64,000 bases of DNA from Gemmatimonadaceae bacterium (GTDB lineage Bacteria; Gemmatimonadota; Gemmatimonadetes; Gemmatimonadales; Gemmatimonadaceae): assembly GCA_045803545.1 (NCBI GenBank), contig JBJMOW010000002.1, positions 32,001 to 96,000 of the forward strand, written 5' to 3'. Under the pieces are notes generated by a model. It made no database searches and was not told the origin of the DNA. It worked only from the letters and a program-made list of their open reading frames with translations. Shown here piece by piece: positions 53,060-61,989 of this stretch (the first letter of the stretch is position 1; each line of letters starts with the position of its first letter). Made by a program: the position numbers and the translations under genes.

Positions 53060-54064
53060 ATGTTCTGTCCCGACTGCGGCAGCTGGAATCGCGGTGAGGC
53101 CGCGCGTTGCGTACGCTGTGGCATCCGCATGCCCGAGGCGAGCGATCGGCGTCAGTCTCCGCCGGATCCTTCTGTGACCGCACTGCGTCAGGTCACGGGC
53201 GGCCGCTATACCATCATGCATCGGGTCGGCGAAGGCGGCATGGCGAGCGTGTACTTCGCGCTCAACGTCGCCCTCGATTCGCCGGTAGTGATCAAGGTTC
53301 TGCACCCGCATCTTGCGCGTGAATCGGAGATGCGCGAGCGGTTCAAGCGCGAGGCCGAGTCTGCCGCGCAGCTGATGCACCCCCATGTATGCAAGATCAT
53401 CGACTTCGGAATGGTCGAAGATCAAGTCTATCTGGTGATGCCGTACATGGCGCGCGGAACTCTTAGCGACAGAATCGGCGGCCATCGCTCGCTGACAGCC
53501 GAGACGACCGCCGCGATCGCCGCACAGGTCGCGACCGGTCTCGATTACGCGCATCGGCGCGGACTGGTGCACCGCGACATCAAGCCGGACAACATCTTGT
53601 TCGATGAAGACGAGAACGCGCTCGTCACCGATTTCGGGATTGCGACCGGACACTTTCGCAGCCGCATGACCGGCAGCGGCAACGTGATGGGGACCCCGCA
53701 CTACATGTCGCCCGAGCAGGCCCGCGGAAAACTGCTCGACGGTCGCAGCGATCTCTATGGGCTAGGCGTTGTGATGTACGAAACTCTCCTTGGCTTCCCA
53801 CCGTTCGATGGCGCAGACAGCTACTCGATCAGCTACAAGCATGTAACCGAGACGGCTGTGGCGCCCGACGTCGTAGATTCGCGTATTCCCGCCCAGATGT
53901 CTCAAATCGTGATGAAGTGCCTGGAGAAGAATCCGGCCCAGCGGTTCGAGCGCGGCAACGCACTCGCCGATGCGCTGATCGAATTTCTCGCCGGCGCCGG
54001 CGCTCGCAACGAGTTCAGAATGGCGCGTACTGCGCGTTCGACCCCCGTCGTAGCCGCTGGATGA
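53060..54064 (+). CDS. Hanks-type Ser/Thr protein kinase with N-terminal zinc ribbon
   Basis: CPDC...CVRC; GEGGMASVY, VIKVL, HRDIKPDN, DFGIA, GTPHYMSPEQ. Confidence 0.95.
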   Translation: MFCPDCGSWNRGEAARCVRCGIRMPEASDRRQSPPDPSVTALRQVTGGRYTIMHRVGEGGMASVYFALNVALDSPVVIKVLHPHLARESEMRERFKREAESAAQLMHPHVCKIIDFGMVEDQVYLVMPYMARGTLSDRIGGHRSLTAETTAAIAAQVATGLDYAHRRGLVHRDIKPDNILFDEDENALVTDFGIATGHFRSRMTGSGNVMGTPHYMSPEQARGKLLDGRSDLYGLGVVMYETLLGFPPFDGADSYSISYKHVTETAVAPDVVDSRIPAQMSQIVMKCLEKNPAQRFERGNALADALIEFLAGAGARNEFRMARTARSTPVVAAG

Positions 54065-55116
54065 AGCTCTCGCACCAGACAATCGAGCTCAATCCCACGC
54101 ATCCATTCGTGATCGCGCGCGGTGGTTATGCGCATCACCGCAATGTGATCGTCCGCCTGACCGACGAGGATGGCATCGAAGGATACGGAGAGGCCGCGCC
54201 CAACAAGTACTACGGTGAATCCGTCTCGACCGTCATCGCCGCGCTTGGACAATTCAAGCCGATCCTCGAGCGCGCCGATCCCTTTTCGATCGAGTCCATT
54301 GAGGCGCAGCTCAATCGCCTGCTGCGCGGCAATGCATCCGCAAAGAGTGCAGTCAGCTCAGCCCTGCACGATCTCGTCGGCAAGAAGCTTGGCCTTCCTG
54401 TCTACAGGCTTTGGGGACTTGACGCCGATGCGGCCCCGCAATCGAGCTTCACTATCGCGATTGCGGAGAACGAAGAGCTCGAACGCCGCGTTTCCGAAGC
54501 GCGTGACTATCCGATTCTCAAGATCAAGCTCGGGACTGACCGGGACATGGAGATTGTCCGCATCGTTCGTAGCGCAGCACCGGGAAAGAGACTTCGCGTC
54601 GATGCAAATGCCGCGTGGACGCCGAAGCACGCCGTCCAAATGAGCGAGTTCCTCGCCGAGCAGGGGATAGAGATGATCGAGCAGCCCGTGCCCGCCAACG
54701 ACATCCAAGGTCTGCGCTTCGTTCGTGAACGATCAAAGTTGCCGGTTTTTGCCGATGAATCCTGTCTTGTCGCCACCGATGTTGCGAAGCTTCACGGAGC
54801 CGTCGATGGCATCAACATCAAGCTTGCGAAGTGTGGCAGCTTGCGCGAAGCGCTGCGGATGGTGCACGCGGCGCGCGCGTTGGACATGCAGGTTATGGCT
54901 GGCTGCATGATCGAGAGCTCACTCGGCATTTCCGCGATCGCGCAGATATCTCCGCTCCTCGATTACGCCGACTTCGACGGCGCTGCGCTGCTCTCGACCG
55001 ATCCGTTTCGTGGCGTAACCATTGGTGGCGGACAGGTGCAACTGACAGACGGCCCCGGCCTCGGCGCGACACCAGCGCCCAGCGTCGATCTGGCTTCGGC
55101 ATTCCAGAGTGCGTGA
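54061..55116 (+). CDS. Dipeptide epimerase (L-Ala-D/L-Glu epimerase, enolase superfamily)
   Basis: GYGEAAP, LKIKLG, RVDANAAW, IEQP, ADES, NIKLAKCG, GCMIES, DFDG. Confidence 0.9.
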   Translation: MKLSHQTIELNPTHPFVIARGGYAHHRNVIVRLTDEDGIEGYGEAAPNKYYGESVSTVIAALGQFKPILERADPFSIESIEAQLNRLLRGNASAKSAVSSALHDLVGKKLGLPVYRLWGLDADAAPQSSFTIAIAENEELERRVSEARDYPILKIKLGTDRDMEIVRIVRSAAPGKRLRVDANAAWTPKHAVQMSEFLAEQGIEMIEQPVPANDIQGLRFVRERSKLPVFADESCLVATDVAKLHGAVDGINIKLAKCGSLREALRMVHAARALDMQVMAGCMIESSLGISAIAQISPLLDYADFDGAALLSTDPFRGVTIGGGQVQLTDGPGLGATPAPSVDLASAFQSA

Positions 55117-55120
55117 GCGA

Positions 55121-57391
55121 GTGGCATCACCGCAGTTCGTGCAGGTGGCGTTGCCGCTGCCGCTATTCCAGACGTTTACCTACGCAGTGGAGGACGGACT
55201 CACCAATCCGGTGAGAATCGGCTCGCGGGTGATCGTCCCGCTCCGCAATGACAGAGAAGTCGGAATTTGCGTCGGCATGAGCGACGCCAGTCCGCTCAAG
55301 CGCAAGCCGAAGTCCGTCGTGGAGTCCCCTGATGTCGAGCCGGCGATCGGCACGTCGCTGCTGGAGCTGTGTAAGTGGATGGCGGACTATTACGTAGTAC
55401 CGCTTGGCGTTGTTCTGCGCGCGGTGCTGCCGGCCGCGCTGACTGGCGCCGAAGCACCCCATCCGTCGCGCAAGACCCGTCGCATTGTGAAGGTCGGAGC
55501 GGAAATCCCATCTTTGCTCGAGCGGGATAAGACTTTCGCGCGCAAGAAGCAGCAGCGCGCGGTGTTCGAGCTGATTGAGTCGCTGGGTGGGCGCACCACC
55601 GTGGAGCATCTGACGTCCCAGCTCGATTTCTCGGCCTCGGTACTGAAGTCGCTGGAGAAAAGCGGTCTGATCTCGATCGAAGAAGAGGAAGTCGAGCGCG
55701 ACCCGTTCTCGTCGCGCGGGGGAGTGTCGGCGACGAGATTGCGGCCCACTCCCGCGCAGCAACAGGCCGTTGACACAATGGCAGCGGCCGAGCCTGGGTC
55801 GGTGTTCCTGCTGCACGGGATCACCGGCAGTGGCAAGACTCTCGTGTACATCGAGCTTCTTCGAAAAATCGTCGAGGAGCGCGGGAAGACTGCGATCGTG
55901 CTGGTGCCGGAAATCGCACTGACCCCGCAAACGGTCGACCGTTTTCGCGCGGCGTTTGGCGACAAGATCGCCGTGCTCCATTCAGCACTCAGTGAAGGTG
56001 AGAGGTACGACGCCTGGCTTGGTCTCAAGCGCGGCGATAAAAGAATCGTCGTGGGCGCCCGTTCCGCGGTTTTCGCACCGCTCGAGAATCTCGGCGCGAT
56101 CATCGTCGACGAGGAACATGAATCGAGCTACAAGCAAGGCGAGACGCCACGCTATCACGCGCGGGAGGTAGCGATCGTTCGTGCGCGAAACGAAGGCGCG
56201 ATCACTGTGCTCGGGAGTGCCACGCCTTCACTGGAGAGCTGGGCGAATGCGGAAGCGGGGAAGTACACCCTGCTGACCCTGCCGGACCGGGTTGGTGGCG
56301 GCAAGCTCCCGGATGTCGATGTGATCGATCTGCGTCGAACTCCGGTCGACTACACGGCGATGGCCCAGGGTGGCGTCGACTATGGAGCTGTTATTCGCGA
56401 GCCGCTTCACGACGCAATCGTCGAGACGATCAGGCGTGGCGAACAGACGATTCTGCTGCTCAATCGGCGAGGCTACTCGTCGTTCGTGCAATGCATGGAC
56501 TGTGGCTCGGTTGCGACGTGCCCGCACTGCAGCATTACGCTCACGATCCACCGGAATCCGGAGCGGTTGGTCTGTCATTACTGTTTGCACAAGGAAGAGC
56601 CGCGCCCTGATTGTCCGCGTTGTGGCGGGAGAAATCTCAAGCAGCGCGGTCTTGGAACGCAGCAAGTCGAGCGACTGCTCTGCGAGCGTTTTCCGTCAGC
56701 GCGCATCGCGCGTATGGACGTCGATACGACGAGCGGGAAATGGGCGCACACCCGCATTCTCGATCGCGTAGGTGCCGGTGAGATCGATATCCTGCTCGGC
56801 ACCCAGATGATCGCGAAGGGGCTCGACTTTCCCAACGTGACCCTCGTCGGCGTTGTCGACGCCGATGTTGGAATCAATCTTCCCGATTTCCGCGCTTCAG
56901 AGCGATCCTTCCAATTATTGAGTCAGGTAGCCGGGCGTGCGGGCCGAGGCGAGAAGGGAGGACGAGTGCTGATTCAAACGAGGCTGCCGACCCATCATGC
57001 AGTCCGATACGCTCTCTCGCACGACTACGCCGCATTCGTGCGCGAGGAGTTGGACGGGAGGCTGGATCCGCTGTATCCCCCCAATGTTCGATTGGCGAAC
57101 ATCGTCTTCAGTGGTACGGTTGAGGACTCGACCGCCAAGCTGGCGATCCACGCCGGGGAATGGCTCCGCGAGCTGATCGCAACGCGGGCAGGCGATGAAG
57201 TCACCGTCGTTGGACCAGCGCCGTGCCCAATCGAGCGCATCAAGAGTCGCTGGCGCTGGCACGTGTTGCTGAAGTCCGCACATCCCGGCGAGTTAACCCG
57301 CGTTAGCCGCTATTTCATGGAGCGTTTCGAAGTGCCGACGACCGCCCAGCTGAGAGTCACCCTCGACCGTGACCCTGTTGCGCTGCTATAA
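55121..57391 (+). CDS. priA: Primosomal protein N'
   Basis: GITGSGKT, LVPEIALTPQ, DEEH, GSATPS, four CxxC pairs, GTQMIAKGLDFP, QVAGRAGR. Confidence 0.98.
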   Translation: MASPQFVQVALPLPLFQTFTYAVEDGLTNPVRIGSRVIVPLRNDREVGICVGMSDASPLKRKPKSVVESPDVEPAIGTSLLELCKWMADYYVVPLGVVLRAVLPAALTGAEAPHPSRKTRRIVKVGAEIPSLLERDKTFARKKQQRAVFELIESLGGRTTVEHLTSQLDFSASVLKSLEKSGLISIEEEEVERDPFSSRGGVSATRLRPTPAQQQAVDTMAAAEPGSVFLLHGITGSGKTLVYIELLRKIVEERGKTAIVLVPEIALTPQTVDRFRAAFGDKIAVLHSALSEGERYDAWLGLKRGDKRIVVGARSAVFAPLENLGAIIVDEEHESSYKQGETPRYHAREVAIVRARNEGAITVLGSATPSLESWANAEAGKYTLLTLPDRVGGGKLPDVDVIDLRRTPVDYTAMAQGGVDYGAVIREPLHDAIVETIRRGEQTILLLNRRGYSSFVQCMDCGSVATCPHCSITLTIHRNPERLVCHYCLHKEEPRPDCPRCGGRNLKQRGLGTQQVERLLCERFPSARIARMDVDTTSGKWAHTRILDRVGAGEIDILLGTQMIAKGLDFPNVTLVGVVDADVGINLPDFRASERSFQLLSQVAGRAGRGEKGGRVLIQTRLPTHHAVRYALSHDYAAFVREELDGRLDPLYPPNVRLANIVFSGTVEDSTAKLAIHAGEWLRELIATRAGDEVTVVGPAPCPIERIKSRWRWHVLLKSAHPGELTRVSRYFMERFEVPTTAQLRVTLDRDPVALL

Positions 57392-57443
57392 GTCAAGCTC
57401 GCAGCGCTCGTTAGCTCGCACGCCGCAGCCTTATCTTTAAATA

Positions 57444-58568
57444 GTGACGACCCTCCGCCATCCCGACTTTACGAGTGCCGAGCTAGCCAATGCTCCCGAC
57501 GCGAAATTTGTCGCCGCGCCGGCCGATGGAGTCTTGCCCGAAAACTTCTTCTCCACCACCAATCTGCCGACCTACGTACGGATCAAGGGTTCGTGGCGGA
57601 TGCCGCGCGAGCCGCGGATGGATTCCGCGCTTGTCCTCGAAGGTGACGGCGGACTGTGGGTCCGGGAAGGCCGCAGACTGAAGAAGGGCGACATGGTCGC
57701 TGTCGGCAGCGCTGAAGACGGCGCCGAAGGTATCTACGTGCACACTGCGTCTTTCCTCGGCGACGAGGAAGGCGAATTCAAATTCATGACCAGTGAGGTG
57801 TCGCGCGAAAAGCCCATCGACTATGCGGAGATGGCGCGGCTGCTGATCGAGCAGCGCGACCGCGCCGGGTATCCGATCTGGGTGACCGGACCCGCGCTGG
57901 TGCATTCACGCGCTCGCGCCGACATGGTGTGGTTCATCGAGAACGGATTCGTGTCGGCTCTGCTCGCCGGTAACGCCGTCGCGGTGCACGACATCGAAGC
58001 ATCGATCTTTGGCACCACCCTCGGCATGACCAAAACCGGCGAGGCTACTTCGGGTGGTCACGGGCTGCACATGCGCGCGATCAACAGGGTCCGCGCCGCC
58101 GGGTCGATCGCCAAAGCAGTCGAGCAGGGAATCATCACCGACGGCATCATGCACGCCTGCGTCGTAAAGGGCGTGCCCTACGTGCTCACCGGTTCGATTC
58201 GCGACGACGGCCCGTTGCCCGATGTCGTCACCGACATGCTGGCGGCTCAGGACGCGATGAAGCGACACACGACACGCGCAACTATGGCGGTGCTCATTGC
58301 CACCGCGCTTCACGCAATCGCCACCGGCAACATGCTCCCGGCATTCGTTACGGAGAAGGACGGCTCGATGCGTGAGCTGCCGACGATCTGCGTCGATTCC
58401 TCGGAGTTCGTCGTCAGCAAGCTCAAGGATCGCGGCACCCACCAGGCGTTCGGCGTCGTGACAAACGCCCAGGATTTCATGCACATTCTGCGGTTGTACG
58501 TCGAGCGTGAGCTGATCGACCGCAAAAGCGGACGCTCGACTTCCCAGACTGCCAGGGTGAGCGCTTGA
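57444..58568 (+). CDS. TIGR00300-like protein (AgrE/ArgZ C-terminal-type ornithine cyclodeaminase-like)
   Basis: DGVLPENFFSTTN, RMDS, FKFMTSEVSREKP, GPALVHS, LLAGNAVAVHDIE, GSIRDDGPLPD, LHAIATGNMLP, KLKDRG. Confidence 0.8.
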   Translation: MTTLRHPDFTSAELANAPDAKFVAAPADGVLPENFFSTTNLPTYVRIKGSWRMPREPRMDSALVLEGDGGLWVREGRRLKKGDMVAVGSAEDGAEGIYVHTASFLGDEEGEFKFMTSEVSREKPIDYAEMARLLIEQRDRAGYPIWVTGPALVHSRARADMVWFIENGFVSALLAGNAVAVHDIEASIFGTTLGMTKTGEATSGGHGLHMRAINRVRAAGSIAKAVEQGIITDGIMHACVVKGVPYVLTGSIRDDGPLPDVVTDMLAAQDAMKRHTTRATMAVLIATALHAIATGNMLPAFVTEKDGSMRELPTICVDSSEFVVSKLKDRGTHQAFGVVTNAQDFMHILRLYVERELIDRKSGRSTSQTARVSA

Positions 58569-59032
58569 TCGAAACGACCGAGAGATTTCTGCGCGATATC
58601 GCCGAGCGTATTGGTTTGCACTCAGTGGATGAAGTGAGGCTTTTCCCGCCGCTTCGTCAGGCAGGTGTAGAGACCTGCGTCGCCGTGGTAGCTGCGCTGC
58701 CGCTTCCGCCCGAGCCGGTCGACGAGCGCTCGGCCGACGAGCCGCCCGAAGCGCTCAGCGAGAGCGCGGGTGAAGAATTCCTGCCGATCGAAGAAGAAGA
58801 CCGTGAGATCATCGTCCATCGACACACGGTCTTCACCGCTCGCTATCGCCACACGCTGAAAGGACCCGACCGCGGCAAATGGGAAGTAGACGTGCAGGCC
58901 GAAGCCGACGCGCCGCTGGTGACTGTCGATCAGGTGGTGAAGGGAGTGATGAAACGCGCCGGCGAGCCGTTCGAGCCTGAGCGCATCACCGCCTCGGAAT
59001 TCAAGACGATCGTCGAGAGTCCGGCTATCTAG
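58565..59032 (+). CDS. Hypothetical protein
   Basis: 155-aa ORF overlapping the upstream stop (TTGA); acidic Pro-rich linker between two apparently structured segments. Confidence 0.7.
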   Translation: MIETTERFLRDIAERIGLHSVDEVRLFPPLRQAGVETCVAVVAALPLPPEPVDERSADEPPEALSESAGEEFLPIEEEDREIIVHRHTVFTARYRHTLKGPDRGKWEVDVQAEADAPLVTVDQVVKGVMKRAGEPFEPERITASEFKTIVESPAI

Positions 59033-60815
59033 TCGTCACGACCTGCTGCGTCGCGATCGGCGTCAGGCGAGCAGCAGCGGACGTTGCATCAGGTGCGTTG
59101 GCCGCTGCATATCGCGCCAGAACGGTTCGATGGATGTCCCGCGCATCTTCAAGGGTCTCCGCCGCGAGCCCCAGTCTCTCTGGCGAGATCAGGAACGGAT
59201 AGACCTGATCTCCGCCCGCCGAGCCGTGCGCGCCAACCTGATCGTCGAACGAGACGATGTCGTACCCGTCGTAGGCACCGAACAGGACGCAGTCGCCTGC
59301 GTTGTTCTGACGCACCAGCGATTCAACCGCTTGCAGGACGTAAGGCTCGGTTCCGAATAATTCGAGCGGATTCTCGCCGGCTGTTACGTTCACGCTGCCA
59401 TCCCGAAGCGTTGCGCGGCCATGACGACTGGCGAGATGCACGCCGTCCGTTGCGAGCGTCGCGACCAGACCGATGCCCGGATGCTTCACCAGCTGCTCGT
59501 ACAGTCTGGCCCAGCGCGAGTCGCGCATGATCTGTTCGTGGGATAACCGCTGATCGCTTTGCGCGAAGTAGACCAGCGCCAAACACGAGCTGTACGTAAC
59601 GACGACATCATTCGTGCGGTCGACGCGGTATTTCTCGGGGAAAATGATCTCCCGCAGCCCGTATCGGCTTCTCAACCAGTCACGAAATCGAAGAATGCCG
59701 CGACGGAAGCCGAACTTTGTCGGCGTCAACTGCGCGACTGCCTCGACGACCTCCGGACCCATGTCGGAGTATTCGGTGTCGACGGCGAAGCTGGCGTGCG
59801 CCTTGGGCGCCGGAGCTTCGTGGGCGGGCGCTTCGTTTAGCAGACGCTGGACGGTTGTACCAAGAGATTCTCCGAACTGCACGCGATAACTCAGCGCCGG
59901 CGTCATGCCGTGATCGGAGAGGATGACCAGATCATACCCGCGCCCACCGGCAAGCTGCGCCATCCGCCAGATCTCGGCGATGCGCGCATCGGTGCGGCGC
60001 AAATCGGCCAGCGCCTGCTTGCTCGACGGCCCGAAGTGGTGCGCCAGCTCATCGTACTGCATGAACGTGCTGTAGATGACTGGCACGCCGAGGTAGACGT
60101 CGAGCAGAATCGCCATCGTCTGCAGCTCACGAACGACGACGTTGCTGAGGATGCGAATGAACGGGAAGATTCCTTCCGCGTGCGTGACGCGCCCGGCCAG
60201 CTCACCGCGGGCACGTTCCCACTCCTCGAGCAGCCACTCGAATGCTCCCTGCAGGAGCATGCGCGCCATGCGGATCGGGTGCAGCAGCATGAGCAGCGCC
60301 ATGCGGGTTCCGCCCAACCTGCGATACACCGACATTTTCTCACGTGTGGCGACGGTGAACGCGACAGTCTGCGCATCGCCGTCCAGCAGATTTACGTAAC
60401 TCGATCCTCCGGCGAGCGCGCCCGGCACGTGGATACGATCGCGAATGTACTGCACGCCGTGAGGCGCGTTGCACGTGATGACGCGCCGCGCGGCCTTGTC
60501 GTAGAAACGGAACGCCGGAATACCGTCGTTTTGTCCGTGAAACATTCCCGCCTGGCAATACGGTGTCGCCGAGGGCAACCCGCAGAACCAGCGCCTGAGC
60601 GCAAATCCTTCGCGCAGCAGCCGGGAAATCGTCGGACAGAGGCCGAGCTCCAATGCGCGCCGCAAATCGGAGTACGCCAGCGCATCGATCTGCAGCATGA
60701 TCAGGCCGCGCTGCGGCGGACGCGGACGTTTCTCGCGCGCGAACGGCCGGTACTTCGTACGATAGTACCAGCGCAGGAACGGACCGGCGCGCGGACGCGC
60801 GCGACGCTCCGTTAT
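59025..60815 (-). CDS. Alkaline phosphatase superfamily / nucleotide pyrophosphatase-phosphodiesterase
   Basis: LQIDAL, LPSATPYCQ, YDELAHHFGP, ILSDHG, GAHG metal ligands; start uncertain (ATA 60815 or ATG 60698). Confidence 0.8.
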   Translation of the reverse strand: MTERRARPRAGPFLRWYYRTKYRPFAREKRPRPPQRGLIMLQIDALAYSDLRRALELGLCPTISRLLREGFALRRWFCGLPSATPYCQAGMFHGQNDGIPAFRFYDKAARRVITCNAPHGVQYIRDRIHVPGALAGGSSYVNLLDGDAQTVAFTVATREKMSVYRRLGGTRMALLMLLHPIRMARMLLQGAFEWLLEEWERARGELAGRVTHAEGIFPFIRILSNVVVRELQTMAILLDVYLGVPVIYSTFMQYDELAHHFGPSSKQALADLRRTDARIAEIWRMAQLAGGRGYDLVILSDHGMTPALSYRVQFGESLGTTVQRLLNEAPAHEAPAPKAHASFAVDTEYSDMGPEVVEAVAQLTPTKFGFRRGILRFRDWLRSRYGLREIIFPEKYRVDRTNDVVVTYSSCLALVYFAQSDQRLSHEQIMRDSRWARLYEQLVKHPGIGLVATLATDGVHLASRHGRATLRDGSVNVTAGENPLELFGTEPYVLQAVESLVRQNNAGDCVLFGAYDGYDIVSFDDQVGAHGSAGGDQVYPFLISPERLGLAAETLEDARDIHRTVLARYAAANAPDATSAAARLTPIATQQVVTTR

Positions 60816-61174
60816 GCCAGGTGGTGTTCGATGTGCCGTAAGAGCTCGCTTATTCCGACAGGCTTGAGGAATACCTCTGCACAGCCTGCGTCGAGACATT
60901 TCTGGCGGGTGCGCGAGTCTCCGTGCCCCGTCATCGCCAGTGTCGCCTTGGGAAGGGATTTCTGCTCGCGCAATTGGTCCAGAAGCTCGAGGCCGTCGCC
61001 GTCGGGCAGGGAAATATCGAGCAGGATCAGATCCGCGGGGCGAGTCTTCGTGACCTCGACGGCTTCGGCGATCGTTCCGGCGACATCGACGTCGTAACCC
61101 GATTCCCGGAGGAGAATGCTGAACGCGTCGGTCACGAGCGGGCTGTCCTCCACGATGAGGATTCGGGCGGGCAC
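60812..61174 (-). CDS. Single-domain response regulator
   Basis: ILIVEDS, DLILLDISLPDGDG, MTG, KP. Confidence 0.93.
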   Translation of the reverse strand: MPARILIVEDSPLVTDAFSILLRESGYDVDVAGTIAEAVEVTKTRPADLILLDISLPDGDGLELLDQLREQKSLPKATLAMTGHGDSRTRQKCLDAGCAEVFLKPVGISELLRHIEHHLA

Positions 61175-61989
61175 TATGCGCGGGGAACGTTGAGCGGAAG
61201 CGTGAAGAAAAAGCGACTGCCTTTCTTCAGCTCGCTTTCGACCCAGATTCTCCCGTGGTGCAGTTCGACGAACCGGCGCGCGATGGCGAGTCCAAGGCCG
61301 GTGCCGTGATGCTGCCGCGAAGGAGAAGCATCTACCTGCGCAAACTCTCGGAAAACGAGATCGTGATGCGCGCGCGCGATGCCGCGGCCGGTGTCACCGA
61401 TCTCCACCAGCAGTTCTTCTTCGTCACGACCGCGACGTGAAAACGAGATCCACGCCCGCCCGCCGTTGTTGGTGAACTTGATGGCGTTGCCGATCAGGTT
61501 TCCCAAAACGTGTTTGATCTTGTCTCGATCGGCAGTGACGAGCGGGAGATCGTCGCCGTTCAGTCGCTCGATCGTGATGTGCTTTTTAGCCGCCAGCGAC
61601 TGATTCAGCAGCTTTACCTGATCCACGAGGTCGGCCATCGAGAACTCTGTGGGTACGAGCGTCACCTGATCACTGGCGCTGCGGACGTAGCTGAGTATCT
61701 CGTCTATCATGTCGAGCAGTTGCTGGCCGCCGTTGACAATACCGCTGACGCTATCGCGCTGTTTCTGATTGAGCTCGCCCAGCATCCCGTCGCGGAGAAT
61801 CTCGGCGTGGGTGATGATGGCGGCGAGCGGCGTGCGAAGATCGTGCGAGATGTTCGACAGGAACTGAGTCTTGAGCCCATCGCGCGACTTGAGCTCGTCG
61901 ATGGTCTTCTGCGCTTCGCGAGCCTTACCCTCGAGTGCATTCAGCCGCTTGGTCAGAGCGGCGTCACTTACACGGTGAGACATGCTCAT
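61174..61989 (-). CDS. Histidine kinase without a sensor domain (HisKA and HATPase)
   Basis: FLSNISHDLRTP, NLIGNAIKFT, DTGRGI, GTGLGL. Confidence 0.92.
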   Translation of the reverse strand: MSMSHRVSDAALTKRLNALEGKAREAQKTIDELKSRDGLKTQFLSNISHDLRTPLAAIITHAEILRDGMLGELNQKQRDSVSGIVNGGQQLLDMIDEILSYVRSASDQVTLVPTEFSMADLVDQVKLLNQSLAAKKHITIERLNGDDLPLVTADRDKIKHVLGNLIGNAIKFTNNGGRAWISFSRRGRDEEELLVEIGDTGRGIARAHHDLVFREFAQVDASPSRQHHGTGLGLAIARRFVELHHGRIWVESELKKGSRFFFTLPLNVPRA

